The notes under the pieces are model-generated. The model was not told the origin of the DNA and searched no databases. It saw only the letters and a list, made by a program, of their open reading frames with translations. This document shows positions 38,042 through 51,178 of a stretch of 64,000 nt of DNA, piece after piece. The position numbers were made by a program, and so were the translations under genes. The stretch comes from Felis catus (lineage: Eukaryota): NCBI RefSeq assembly GCF_018350175.1, contig NC_058369.1:151652001-151716000 (forward strand), in the 5' to 3' direction. Each line of letters starts with the position of its first letter. Positions within the stretch are counted from its first letter, which is position 1.

Positions 38042-38594
38042 ACCTCTTTGAATTGTGCCCCCCACCCATTTGTATGATGGTTTTTGGAGGTGGTAACTTT
38101 GGGGAGATAATTGGGTTTAGATGAGATTGTGAGGTAGGATATTCATGATAGAACTACTACCTTTATAAGAAGAGACACCAAGGGTGCCTGGGTGGCTCAG
38201 TCGGTTAAGCATTCGACTTCAACTCAGGTCATGATCTCATGGCTCATGAGTTCGAGCCCCGGGTCAGGCTCTGTGCTGACAGCTGGGATCCTGGAGTCTG
38301 CTCCCAATTCTGTCTGTCTGTCTGTCTGTCTGTCTCAAAAATAAATAAATAAACATTAAAAACAAAAGAATTGTATAAGAAGAGACACCAGAGAGCTTGC
38401 TCTCTGTCTCCTCACTGTCCGGTGAGGACAGAAAGAGAAGAGGCTGTCTGCAATCGGAAAGAGAACCCTTACAAGAAACTGATCATGCTGGCACCTTGAT
38501 CTTGGACTTTGAGCTTTCAGAACTATGAGAAAATAACTTCTGTTGTTTAAGTCAAATGGTCTGTGGTTTTATTTTGGTAGCTCCCCTTAAGACA
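38042..38594 (+). mobile_element. MLT1A-type MaLR LTR (interrupted by a SINE)
   Basis: tttggaggtgg...gggtttagatgag...gctggcaccttgatcttggactt...taagaca. Confidence 0.88.
38181..38373 (+). mobile_element. SINEC_Fc
   Basis: Perfect 17-bp TSD tataagaagagacacca. Confidence 0.97.
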
Positions 38595-38835
38595 ATAAAC
38601 ATGGAAACCAGCTAGGACACCTTTTTGAAATCATCTAATTGAACTCAAACCTGCCATGTTCTTCCTTGTTCTCCCTGGAAACTGAAGTAACAAAAATGCT
38701 TCACAGGAAGATAAGTCACTATTTTGCCATGTTTTGCTAAAGGCAGTCACCCACCCTGTTACTGCCTGCCTGTCCTCTGCCCGCTGGGTGTTTGGATCCA
38801 TTTGATCATAACAGTATGCTGAGGCCAGCAATAAC

Positions 38836-38862
38836 TTTTTTTTTAATGCTTACTTATTTACT

Positions 38863-38913
<51 letters not shown>

Positions 38914-39082
38914 CATGTGTGAGTGGGGGGAGGGGCAGAAAGAGCGGGGAGAGAGAGTCCAAGCAGGCTCCATGCTTCCAGCCAGAGCCCAATGCCGGGC
39001 TTGATCCCATGAAACCTGAGACAGTGACCTACCCTGAAATCAAGAGTTGGATGCTTAGCCAACTGAGCCACCCAGGTGCCCC
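38836..39082 (-). mobile_element. Can-SINE (older type) with (GA)n
   Basis: gagccacccaggtgcccc end; TSD cagcaataactt / cggcaatgactt. Confidence 0.93.
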
Positions 39083-39099
39083 GGCAATGACTTGTGTTC

Positions 39100-39620
39100 T
39101 TTTTCTTCTTTGAAGTACATTTTTTTCATTTCTTTTTTTAATGAATATTATTTATTGTCAAATTGGCTTACATTCAACACCCAGTGCTCATCCCAACAAG
39201 TGCCCTCCTCAACGCCCATCACCTGCTTTGCCCTTTTCCCCCACCCCCCCATCCATCCTTAATTTGTTCTCTGTATTTAAGAGTCTCTTGTGGTTTGCCT
39301 CCCTCCCTCTCTGTTTGTATCTTTTTCCCCTTCCCTTCCCCAAGTTCTTGTGTTCANNNNNNNNNNNNNNNNNNNNNNNNNNNNNNNNNNNNNNNNNNNN
39401 NNNNNNNNNNNNNNNNNNNNNNNNNNNNNNNNNNNNNNNNNNNNNNNNNNNNNNNNNNNNNNNNNNNNNNNNNNNNNNNNNNNNNNNNNNNNNNNNNNNN
39501 NNNNNNNNNNNNNNNNNNNNNNNNNNNNNNNNNNNNNNNNNNNNNNNNNNNNNNNNNNNNNNNNNNNNNNNGCTATTGTTGAGAGTGCTGCTATAAACAT
39601 TGGGGTACACATGCCCCTAT
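39100..39620 (-). mobile_element. Feline L1 (L1_Fc-like) 3' end spanning a gap
   Basis: tttattgtcaaattggcttacattcaacacccagtgctcatcccaacaagtgccctcctc; minus-strand frame CTPMFIAALSTI after the gap. Confidence 0.93.
39357..39571. other. Assembly gap
   Basis: N run. Confidence 1.
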
Positions 39621-41315
39621 CCCAGCAATAACTTTTAACTTTTAAGCAAAGAGCCTTTCATTTGTTCATCATTTTTCTTACAGTGATGGAAAGCCAGGGC
39701 CAAGTTTTTTAAGGCTAAGAAAAACCGCCAGCAGATTGTATGTCTTTCAAAGACTTCGTATTCATATATTCTGACTTGTTACGTACCCTCTTTTTAAAAA
39801 GAAAAAGATCAGGACAACTTGAGACGTCTTGTCTGTGGCGTGTGAAATTAATTCTTTACTTTAAAATAATTTTATTAAAACTTCTTCAAAGAGGTGATAA
39901 GATAAAAGATCAAAGTGAGTACAAAGTTAAATTGTTCAGAACCTTTTACTAAGTTTTAATATAGGAATATCGCAAAGTATTCAAGGGCTAAACAGCCCGA
40001 TTGAACCAAAATCAATTTCTCAAAATGATAGTTTAGAGAAAATTTAGATTGAAAAATGACTGGACTATAACAAACTAAAAGTATTGTCTTTTGCTAGAAG
40101 TGAGAGCATTGTGTTTTAAGTACATATTAAAAAATTATATAGATACATCCTTCTTGGGGAAATGCAAATTTCTTTGGAAATGTCTCTGTTGTATAAAAAT
40201 AAAACCCAATTTTACAGGATTCCATGAAAAACGTTCTCTTAAAAATCTAAACTAATGAAAAACTTGAAGAATTCTCATGAAAGTCAGGAACAAGACAATG
40301 GTATGCCCTGGAACTTGTAATATTTAATATTTTTTGGAAATCCTAAAGAATTTTATTGAAATGAGAAATATAAACATTCTAATGGAACAGGCAACTCTTG
40401 CTATTGGCAGAGGAGATGACAATTTATATGGAAAACTGGAGAGATTGTAATGAAAAACTACCTAAAACAATGAGAGGATTTAGTAAGGTGAATCACAAAA
40501 AAATGAAAGATGAACACATTTTAGTATGCAAAACAGCAATCGGAAAATGTCAGGAAATCAAATCTCTCGTTGACAGTAGGAAAAAATGTCAACAAAAATG
40601 TCAAGAAATTTATTGAATGTATACAAAGAAAGTTTTACTCAGGGACAAACAAGAATATTTGAGTCACTGGAAAGACATTTTCTCAGATTGGAAAACTCAG
40701 TAAAGAGTTCAAGTTCTCATACATTAACCTAGACCTTCAGTGTGATGATGCTGAATGTCGCAATTTGGGAAGAGACTGTGTGGTGGGGTGTTGGACGGAA
40801 TTTGACAGTTTGTTTCCATGTGTACTGAAAAAATAATCCTGAGGAAATAGTCAGAAAAATTCTTCAAAAATAAGAGTAATGGGGTGATAAGAAAGCGAGA
40901 GTAATTAAATACATTTGGCCTTAGGACATGAATAGACGTATTGTATTGATTGAACTCTGGTGTCAAGCAAACTGAATTCACTCCCTGGGTTTATCACTCA
41001 TAACTCTGTGACCGCAGGCAAATTATTGCTGTATTTTCCTCGCCTGTGAAATGGTATCGTATTAGATGATAAAGTAAAATGAAACTATAAAACGACTTAA
41101 AGAAGATTAAGTTAAAGAATAATATTATTATGAGGATAGCTTTCCTGAATCAATAACAGAACTCAGAAAGTGTAAATGAAATGATGGCTGAATTTTAACT
41201 AAAACTTTAAAAATGCACTCAAAAACATGTAATAAAATCAAAAGCCACACTCAAACATGTATTTAATAACAGCTAAAACTTCATTTATGTTCTTGCTAAT
41301 AAAAACTAGATAAGT

Positions 41316-41531
41316 GGGGCACCTGGGTGGCTGTCGGTTGAGTGTCCGACTTTGGCTTAGGTCATGATCTCATGGCTCGTGAGTTCGAGCCCTGCGTTGG
41401 GCTCTGTGCTGACCTCTCAGAGCCTGGAGCCTGCTTCCAATTCTGGGTCTCTCTCTCTCTCTGCCCCTCTCTTGCTCATGCTGTCTCTCTCACTGTCTCT
41501 CAAAAAATAAATAAACATTAAAAAAATTAAA
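41316..41531 (+). mobile_element. SINEC_Fc
   Basis: TSD aaaaactagataag. Confidence 0.97.
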
Positions 41532-41977
41532 AAAAACTAGATAAGCTACTCAGTAGAAATAATTGGCAAAACCCATGATGAAGTTTCATAAAGAAATACA
41601 CGTGCCTTATAGTCTCTTGAAAAAGGCTCAAAATCACTCTGGATTAAAGAGAAGCAAATTAAAATAGTTAGGTATAAGGTTTGTAATATACCTTGTTGTG
41701 GAAGATATAGCCTATCTTTCCTGCATTGTTTTGTAGGATACAAAACTGGTGGAGATTCTTCAGACGGAGGTTGATAGAGTATTTCAAATTTTTCAAAATA
41801 TACCTATCCTTTCAACCAACAAGTCCATATTTCAGATTCATGAATTTCTCATATAGGTGCTCAAAAATGAAAAAGAAATTAATAGAAATCAGTTTAATAC
41901 ATTTCAAAACAATCAGCAAGGGATATCGCAAAATGAGAAAATCAAAATGACAACACTATGTGTGCAAGGCTTCCAAA

Positions 41978-42027
<50 letters not shown>
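41978..42027. repeat. (TG)n microsatellite
   Basis: Direct read. Confidence 0.98.
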
Positions 42028-42098
42028 TTAAACATGCATGCATTATGTAGAAAATTTGGGGCATGATACTTACAAATGTTTAATAGTAATCACACCTA

Positions 42099-42304
42099 GG
42101 GGCACCTGGGTGGCTCATTCAGTTGAGTGTCCGACTTTGGTTCAGGTCATGATCTCACAGTTCATGGGTTCAAGCCCATTATTGGGTTTTGTGCTGACAG
42201 TACAGAGCTTGGAGCCTACTTTGGATTTTCTGTCTCATTCTCTTTCTGCCTCTCCCCAGCTCATATGCTCTCTCTCTCCCTCAAAAATAAATAAACATTA
42301 AAAA
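42099..42304 (+). mobile_element. SINEC_Fc (diverged)
   Basis: TSD aatagtaatcacacct / aatagtaattacatct. Confidence 0.95.
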
Positions 42305-43047
42305 AATAGTAATTACATCTGTGAGGTGAGATTGAAAAAAAATTTTTGTAGTGTTTGCATTTTCCAGCTGCATCCATGTGTCACTTTCATGGTAGAAAAC
42401 TATTTAAATTTAGAAATAAAATGCACTGCAGAGTCCTAGAGCAAGTGTGACTATTTATTCCCATATTTTTAAGAAAAAAGTAATAGATATTAGCAAAATC
42501 TAATAAAGAATCCTGCAAAGCCTACTGAGAAACATGAGAGGATTCTCAGAGAAAAATACATAAAATCACAAATTACTTCATATTTTTGGATTTTCTTAGA
42601 GTCTGAAAATGTAAAGGAAGGTGGAATGAACATTTTCCTGAGGTATGAATAAAATAAGGATATTTGAAAATGAAAGTACAGAACAGGGAATAGATTCTTC
42701 AGATATCAATGTCTTTATAATGCTATAATAGTTTAAATTATAAAATGGCATTAAACTAAACAAAATGACAAAATAAATGGACCAGAAAAAGACTTTTTAA
42801 TAAAAAGGATGATTATATGATGATTAAACATCACAAAGCAATAAATGAGCTGTGGGTCATACAATAATACTAGGACTGTTGATTAATCAATATCAGTTGT
42901 TAAATGATTAGCCAGTGCAAGTCAATATCACTAGAATATATTCATTGAAAATTTTAAAGTAGTAGGTTTAATAAAATGTCAAACCATAAAAGACCAGAAA
43001 CAAACAAATAAATATTTATCAATATCTCCATGGGCATCTTCTATTTT

Positions 43048-43104
43048 TAATTTTTTTTTTTAATGTTTTTTTCAACGTTTATTTATTTTTGGGACAGAGA
43101 GAGA
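43048..43104 (-). mobile_element. Severely 5'-truncated young SINEC_Fc (tail only)
   Basis: Perfect 22-bp TSD ctccatgggcatcttctatttt; tail matches the young SINE at 11282. Confidence 0.93.
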
Positions 43105-46029
43105 CTCCATGGGCATCTTCTATTTTGGAAAGCATAGAAAGAAATTACTTTGGCAATGATAGTAGATTTCACTATAATTAAACGTGTTTTTTAAAACTGT
43201 TGCTCAAAATTAAAGACCAGTTTACTAAGCAGCCTACACATTTGGAGAATATTTACAATACATATTAAAGACAAAAGGTTAAAATGTTTAATATACAAAA
43301 CGTATGCAAGACACACATGTATTAGTTGCATATTTAGATTAAGACACTAAAATTTCAAAAAACAAGTGGTTAACAAACAGTTTATAATAGTGGAAATACA
43401 AACGGCAAAGTGGCTGAAAATGGGAAAATGTTAAATCATGAATAAAGAACGTGTCAATTAAAACACTAAAATACTAAGCTTGACTATGAACTTCTCTGAA
43501 ATTGTAAAATGTAAATCACTTAATACTGGCAGGAGTATTTTCCCATATACTACTGTGGGAATGTAAATCACACAGCCTTTGGAAAGCATTCCAAAGTGTA
43601 CTGAGAACCTAAAAAATATTAGTAGTCTTCCATCCACTGATAGAAATTTATCTGAGAACGTAAGGTGAAATGCCTCGTGCATAAAAATGATGCTTGAAAC
43701 ACACCCATGCCTGCATTTAGAAGAAGCTTGAATGATTAACAATAAAGATACGGTTAAATGACATGAGATGAACAAGTATGGATACATTTAAAACGATGTT
43801 TGTAAAGAGCACATGTCATAGTTTACATGAAAAAGAGGTAAGTGACATATCCATATAGTTTGATCTCAACGAAGCAAACACAACACACATACAAAATAGA
43901 TTAGAAGAGGGAATTAAAAATATTCATGGTAGACCAGTCAGTAGCCTTGATACAGTGGCAGGATAATGTTGGTGTTATTAACATGTAACAGACTTACTTT
44001 ATGGGAGCAGGTGTTCCTGCCCATTGATGATGATAAGAATTTGATGGAACAATAATATCTTTTCTGTCGTTCATTAACTGACTCTGGAAGGCAGCTACTC
44101 TACCTCTTTTGACCTTGGGTTCTTTTGCTGTCATGTGCTACTAGCAACAATAATACATCACTATCAGGGTCATTTGAAAGATAGAATAAGGTATGAATGA
44201 GAAAGTATGCTGTAAATGGCATGTACATGTTATATATTTTTATTAACTAGTTGATGATTATCTAGTACCCTAAAGTTCTGCCTGGGTCAATGGCTGAATT
44301 TTGCGGACACAAACTCAATCATACTAGTAACTTCATGGCTATCATTGAGTGATGTTTCTGTAAAGAAATACATTTCAAAATCCACCAATGGTACAGATTT
44401 GTCTGTCAACGTCAAATCAAAGTTATATTCATGTCAGCAAAGTATTATACACAGAAAGAGCTGTCAGCTTGTTAATATAAAAAGCACTGACTAATTTATA
44501 AAAATATTCCGTTGAAAGATAGTAGAAAGACAAGCTGCCAATATTAAGAGCAATGTGAAAATGAAAACTGGAGCAGGAGACCTACAAATTTTATCGAGAA
44601 AAATCTTTGAAGATTTTGGCATAAGGAACGAGAAGGGCAGACACGAAGCTGATGCGTGACAGACAGTTGAGCAACCTATCTTGATTGAATGACTATTTTT
44701 AATCATTTTTACATGGCGTGATTTTCAGTGTTTAGGTGCAACCTGTTACAAAGGGAATAAAATCGAGAGAAAAAGAAGAAAAAGTCAAATGCAATGTGAG
44801 AGATGGGAATGGACAAAAATCCTGCCACTTCCAGGATTCCGTCTGGAACTCTGAAGCTAGAGCAGTGGTAACCATGGATGAGGTTCAAAGCATCCTCTTT
44901 AGGTAAGTCGTGAGGCCAGTCTTTTCTGTACTTCCGTTTCCCTTACCATGATAAATTGCCCCTCAAAGACACATAGAACTAGGGGAAAAAAAAAGGCAGA
45001 AATGTAATGCTTACATTAGATAATTATAGTGTATGGTGTGGGAGAGGAAGAAGTGGTCAAATAAATAGAAGTATGTTGATGCATTTAAGGAAGGGAGTGT
45101 AAATATATACACTTGGTTACACTCTTCCCCCATATCACCAAATGGACACAACCAGACACTCACTGTAACTGTGGCTCTGGTTTCTGATGCAAAAGAATCC
45201 CCTCCTCTGTAGCCTTGTTCTGCAACTGAGTGTATGAAAGGCAAAAATATCTAGTTAGTACGCCTAATTATATTATAGCTCTTGCCACTAATTTTGGAAA
45301 AAAAAATCAGTCCAACTAATTAACTGACTGAATTGACTGACTATAGCATTTGTCAAACAGTTGGTTGCACTTTTTTTTGCTTGAATCTAAAACCGATGTG
45401 TCTTCAGAGTGTTGGGGTGGAGTCCATGGTTGGCCTCCTTGTTGATATCGGGTTCCCTGCCAGGCACTAAACTATGCTATTTTTTTACTGTTTATTTTCT
45501 AATTCTCATTGAAGTTTCAAAGTAGAGAAAAGTAGGAAAAAAGATTAAACATAGTTCTATTATTTAAAGCTACACAATTATCCATGTGTTGTATTTTTTC
45601 TGTGCATATTTTTGCATATTTATGCTTAACAAGGTAATTTATATTTTTAATTGAATAATGAATATTACATATTTCTTAAATATATGTCTTAATGACTGTT
45701 GTATTGCCTCTACTTGGTAGCACCATTAACCATTGGTTCATTGAGTCATACCTCTACTTTATGGCATTAGGTTCTCCTATTGCCATCTACACAGTGCTAA
45801 AAATCTTTGTATATGATTCTTTTGTAAAGTTGAGATTATTTTCTGAGGGTTTCAAGAAGCAGATTATTTTCTGATGTTTTTTCCCTAAGAGTTATTCATG
45901 AATGATCCTCAAACACATTATAGTCCTACACCTTAGGAACTATCAGATTATGAAAAGCCGTTAAAGCTTTTAAGATGATAAAATATATCTATCTCATCTC
46001 AGAGCCAGCAAGTTCTTAATTAAGAAACA

Positions 46030-46340
46030 TTAGAAAACATTTTCATTAAAGCCAACAGTAAAGCAAATATCTGCATTAGCATCATTATTATTAACAATGT
46101 TCTGGGGAATATTAGCTTACACAATTGGACAGGGGCATAAAACATTGGACTTGATATAAAAACATTAGAAGGGAGGTGTACAATTGTTATCTGATGACAT
46201 GACAGTATGCTTGGAAAATCCATGTTGAAAAACTACCCAAACAATAAGAGAATTTAATAGTATAGAGAGACACAAATTAATATTCATATCATTGAAAAGA
46301 GAAAATTCTTAGAAATATACCTTATGATAAAAGTGCAAAA
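46030..46340 (+). mobile_element. Old L1 ORF2 RT remnant
   Basis: tctgatgacatgacagtatgcttggaaaatcc reads SDDMTVCLEN ([10 protein letters not shown]-like). Confidence 0.6.
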
Positions 46341-46493
46341 CAAAAGTGAACAAGGTTACAAAAACAAACCTCTAAAAACAACAAATAAACCCAAAGGAAA
46401 CAAAATACCATCTGCGGTGAAATCACTTCTGACACATTGTTGAGGGAAACGTAAATTGTTACTTCTGTGGAAAGCAATTTGGTGAATGAGTTA

Positions 46494-46646
46494 TGTGGTA
46501 GGTTGATGGGCCAGTGATCCTAACTGTTCCCCTCTGTCTCTATCCACATGATTTGCAATGGGACTTTGTGGTTCTCATCAGTGGATAAAGTGACTTCCAC
46601 ACCTCTGAATCTGGGCTTGCCTTGTGATTTTCTTGGGCCAACAGAA
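46494..46646 (+). mobile_element. MLT1 (E/F-like) LTR 5' fragment
   Basis: ctctgaatctgggcttgccttgtgattttcttgggccaacagaa. Confidence 0.7.
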
Positions 46647-49096
46647 GGCTTTGTGATCAGTAGAAACTTCCCTTTTTTTTGCTGTCAAGTTCAGCACATT
46701 GTCATATGACAAACAGGTTTGGTCCCATTTTTGTCTTAAGTTACTCTATTTTAAAAACTTGTTTCACTGTATGGCCTGTTTGTTCAGACTGTTGTGTATG
46801 GGTATTTTTGTTTTTGCTCGAGAAATTATCCTTACAACTCCATAAAAATGTTTTAATGCTTGGTTTTAGATGGTCTCCACTAATGCCTTACTGGAAACAA
46901 TGACAAAATTAGGATATTTCCTCTTTTCCCTTCCTTCCTCTTTATCTTCTGTACCCATCTTTTAGTTGATTGCATCATCTTTCTTATGTTTACCTTTGTG
47001 CTGTTGAATAAAGTCTCTGCTTCTTTGACTTGGTAATGAGGAGAGTTTCATGAAGGGGCTATTTATTCATGAAGAAGAACAGGCAGAGCTAAGAGATTCG
47101 ACAAGCAATGATGGAGCATCTATGGCTAACAAAAGTCAGAGGCCCCCATAACTTTCTTTGGCTTATGGCGGCAACTGGAAGGAATGGCCACCAGCACATG
47201 ATGAGAGCTGAAGCCGAGTGAGAGGGGCTGCTTGTCAGGAGTTGTGGTGTAGGTCGAGGAATAAAACCATAGCCAAGTCACAGCAGTCCTGTGCCTTTAT
47301 CATCATCACTAAAATAGGAAAATAATAACTATCTAATAGTGTGGTTGCAATTTATACATGAACATGGGATCTATGACTATCCTAGCTTAGTAACAGTCAG
47401 ATTGCAATTACCACCAGGCGATTAGCTGTGTAGACTAGGGATGAGGGGAAGTGTGCACATGTAGGTATACATAGTGAGGAAAAGCGAGAAAGAGAACAGG
47501 AGTGTCAGTGAAGGCACGCTATTGGAAGGTATTATTCTTTGCAATGAAGTTTGACTGGGTTCTGAGGTGAGTTCCTCACACTTTATGTTGACTTAGTCAT
47601 CTGGAGTCAATATTTCCTCTCTGCAGTCATCTAAGTCCCTCCGATCCACTCCTACTACACACTTACCTCATTACAAGTCTCTGTGTGTGTTTCTGTGCCT
47701 GTGTGCACATCAGCAAGTACTTGTTCTAATTTGCATAGAAATACTCAAGGTACAGTTCCACTTGCGTAACCACACGGTGATATTTCATTGCTGGGGAACG
47801 AAAACAAAGAAATCAGTGTAGGGAATCTGATTTCATTAGAAAATATTATTGTCCATGTCACTTTTAGGTAGACATGTTTAAGTGTGATTGGGGATCCCAT
47901 GGCAGTCAGGGCGCTGGAGCGTGCCATGCCGTGCCACGATGCGAAGACAGAAGAGATGGAAAATTTTTGTCAGAAAAGGGCTTTTATATTCAGGCACTAA
48001 ACGATGACAGTACAGACAGAGTGATTGTTATTCAGCAAGAGTAAGACAATAGAAAGGATTTAAATGATCTGGAAAAATTAGAATTGATTGAACAAGTACA
48101 GAGTAGAGCAATTCTGGGGATGCAGGCTGTGGTGTTAAAACAAATATCAAATTTTTACGTGAGACTCATAATAGAACCCACAAATGACATGGACGTATGT
48201 GTGTGTGTGTGAGAGAGAGAGAGAGACTGGGGTGGGGAGAGAAAGAGAGAGAATTCTGGGTGGAAGGACTTTGGCTTGCTCTGGAGAGCTGTATTTACAG
48301 GGAGGTTAGGGAGTGGGAACAGCACTCTTGCCTCCATGGCATGGAAGTGTGGAAGGGGTCCTGTACTATGTGGGTTTGTCAAAGGAATCAAAGTCTATAT
48401 GGATCCTTGTAGTGACATCAGAATGACATTTCACTTTTGTTTACATGTTGAGATTCTTCACTTTGGGAAGGGCAACATTCCTTCCCAATATTTGGTGGAT
48501 GAACTAAGACCGATGCATTCTTGAATGTGGGGACTCATTTGTCTACTGTTTGTAGGGCCTGGGAAGAACACAGAGAAATAGCTTCTTATGGTTCAGTAAT
48601 TTGTTGTTTAGCCTAAGACCTGTGCGACACCAAGTGCCACATAATGTGAATTTTCCATCACTCAGAGGCCATTGTCCATTTGTTAGATATTTTTATTCCT
48701 TTGGCTTTTTCTTTCTCTCTGTTGTCTGATATTTGGCAACAGCCACGATCCCTTCAGTGAAGGCGAAATGAAAAGATAAACTTTTTCAGTCTTGCTTCTT
48801 TTTAGCAGTTCTGAGAAAATTAGAGAGAGGAGTTAGAAGCTGTTACTTAAAATGAGGTTCCTGAATCGTTTATAGTTAAAATTTTAGCAGTGATATAATG
48901 GGACCAACTAAAATCTTGCTCAATGTCCCGTTCTATGTTGGACTTGTAGCTATAAAAATCTATCTTTTTTTATGTTAAAGCTCTTTACCAGGCAAGCATG
49001 TTACATGATGAAAGGAAAAGATACAATATGCAGATTTTCAGAAGCTACTTTCCTCTCTTTCAAGAAATGAAGTTTCTTAAAAATATAGCAAAAGCA

Positions 49097-49283
49097 GGGG
49101 TGCCTGGGTGGCTCGGTCAGTTGAGCATTCAACTTCTGCTCAAGTCATGATCTCACGGTTCGTGAGTTCAAGCCCCACATCAGGCTTGCTGCTGTCAGTG
49201 CAGAGCCTGCTTTGGATCCTCCGTTCCCCCTCTCTCTGCCCCTCCCCTGCTTGTGCTCTCTCAGAAATAAATAAAAGTTTTTA
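49097..49283 (+). mobile_element. Can-SINE
   Basis: TSD aaaaatatagcaaaagcag / aaaaatacagcaaaagcag. Confidence 0.96.
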
Positions 49284-49505
49284 AAAAATACAGCAAAAGC
49301 AGAACAAAACTCAAATGAGGCCTTGGGAATTGGGTAAGGGGAAATTTACAAAGGCCTTAAGGTTGATTGGAAGTTTACTTTTATTTTATTTTTGCTCATA
49401 AAATATAAGCAAAGTATTAAGAATATAGATAGTAAAAGGAGTAACATAAAATTTATATATTTTCCCAACACCCAGAGGTAGACTTTAAAAAATATTTTGG
49501 TAATT

Positions 49506-49508
<3 letters not shown>

Positions 49509-49549
<41 letters not shown>
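49509..49549. repeat. (CA)n microsatellite
   Basis: Direct read. Confidence 0.98.
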
Positions 49550-49553
<4 letters not shown>

Positions 49554-50014
49554 TATAATAGTTATATTGTGAATATTTTAGGCACAAGTTGTGACTTTTC
49601 CATATTAAATCTTGGGGAGGTTTTAGAAAAGCACATCAGGGTAGCAGGATGAGCAATGAATCTACACAGTCACATGAATGACTCCTTAGCTGGTCAGAGA
49701 GAAAATAGAATGTGGAGAAAAAAATTGGTGGTCTGAAACAAAATAGTGATGGGATTTTAGGTAAATTCAGGTGAGGAATGATTGATATGATGTAGAAAGT
49801 CCTGGGTTTAGGTACAGAAAGGAAAAATGTGAGAATTGGTAGTGAATCTAAAGATTTTTATCAAACATTCTTGATTGTATTAAATGTTTATTGCTATAGA
49901 TTTTGTGAAAATTGCTCGTATGGGTGTGTTTATTCTGTGGCGTTAGTCCTGTGACTATCACATTCAAAGCTGGCTGGCAGTTGAATATGGTGACGCTTAG
50001 TTTAGGAATGGGTG

Positions 50015-50290
50015 CTCTGGCAGAGATGGTTAGCTATCCAACAAAAATCTGTGCTCCTACTCTAGTAGAGTAGTCTGGGAAGGGTCCGCCCAGGCAACAG
50101 CTACACTTCCCAGCATTCCTTGCATCCAGGTGCAGCCATGTGGCTAAGTGCAAGCCAATGAAATGGGAGGGGAGGCGCCATGTGCCTCCAAGTTTGTTAT
50201 CTCAAATATCAAGTTGACTTTTCTCCCCACAATCTTTTGTCTTCGAGATGGCTAGACTTAAAGATGCCTCAGTACAAAGTGGGAAGCCAC
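50015..50290 (+). mobile_element. Old ERVL/MaLR LTR fragment
   Basis: ctacacttcccagcattccttgcatccaggtgcagccatgtggctaagtgcaagccaatgaaatg. Confidence 0.65.
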
Positions 50291-50309
50291 CTACTGTAAA
50301 AATACTCCC

Positions 50310-50474
50310 AAGAATGACCAAAACGTGACACAGACACAAAGTGAGTAAATGCTGTTGGAAAAATGGTACCGACTGACTTGTTGGATGCAGGGTTGCCGCA
50401 AACCTTCAGCTGGTGAAAATTGCAGTATCTGCAGAGCACAATAACATGAAGCACAATAAAACAAGTTATGCTTG
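50310..50474 (+). mobile_element. Tigger1 (TcMar) 3' terminal fragment
   Basis: gctgttggaaaaatgg...gcagggttgccgcaaaccttca...gcacaataaaacaagttatgcttg followed by TA. Confidence 0.88.
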
Positions 50475-50711
50475 TAATCTAAGCAAGAGATGTTGGGGTT
50501 GGCACTAGAGGGAAAGCAGTGGAGATGACGGAAAGAGACGGACTTGGGATATAAAAATAGACAGCATTGGGTCACATTATTACTCACTGTTACCATTAGG
50601 TTACAGAAAGTCAGAATGAAGAAAACATGAAACAGATGAATATGACTTACTATCTCCATATTATCTGATTATATTAAGATTTTATACTAATATCTGATTA
50701 TACTAAGTAGA

Positions 50712-50931
50712 TAGGACCAGCAAACTATAGCCCGTGGGCCCAATGCTGCCTGTTGCTTGTTTGGTAAATAAAGTGTCTTGGAACATAGCCTCCCCATTTA
50801 TTTATGCATTCCATGTGGCTACTTTTGCATAATAACAGCAAAGTTGAGATATTCTGACAAAGACCTATGGGCAGCGACACCTAAGATATTTTCTATCTGG
50901 CCTTTTACAGAAAAAAGTATTCAGACTCCAG
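50712..50931 (+). mobile_element. MER58A (hAT-Charlie)
   Basis: gcaaactatagcccgtgggcc...gtaaataaagt...tatctggccttttacagaaaaa. Confidence 0.9.
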
Positions 50932-50970
50932 CTAAAGAGAATTATTCTCTACATTTTATTATTTAGCTCT

Positions 50971-51178
50971 GGGGGTGCCTGGGTGGCTCAGTCAGTTAAG
51001 CATCTGACTTCAGCTCAGGTCATGATCTCACGGTTCGTGAGTTCAAGCCCCGCATCGGGCTCTGTGCTGACAACTCGGAGCCTGGGGCCTGCTTCAGATT
51101 GTGTCTTCCTCTCTCTCTGACTCTCCCCTGCTCACACTCTGTCTCTCTATCAAAAATAAAAATAAATAATAAAAAAAA
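50971..51178 (+). mobile_element. SINEC_Fc
   Basis: TSD tattatttagct. Confidence 0.96.

Larger units (their letters stand above)
40200..43930 (+). mobile_element. Degraded old L1 (L1ME-like) ORF2 and 3' fragments, interrupted by MIR and SINEs
   Basis: LLAEEMTIYMENWRDCNEKLPKTMRGFSKV resembles L1 RT [30 protein letters not shown]; A-rich. Confidence 0.7.
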
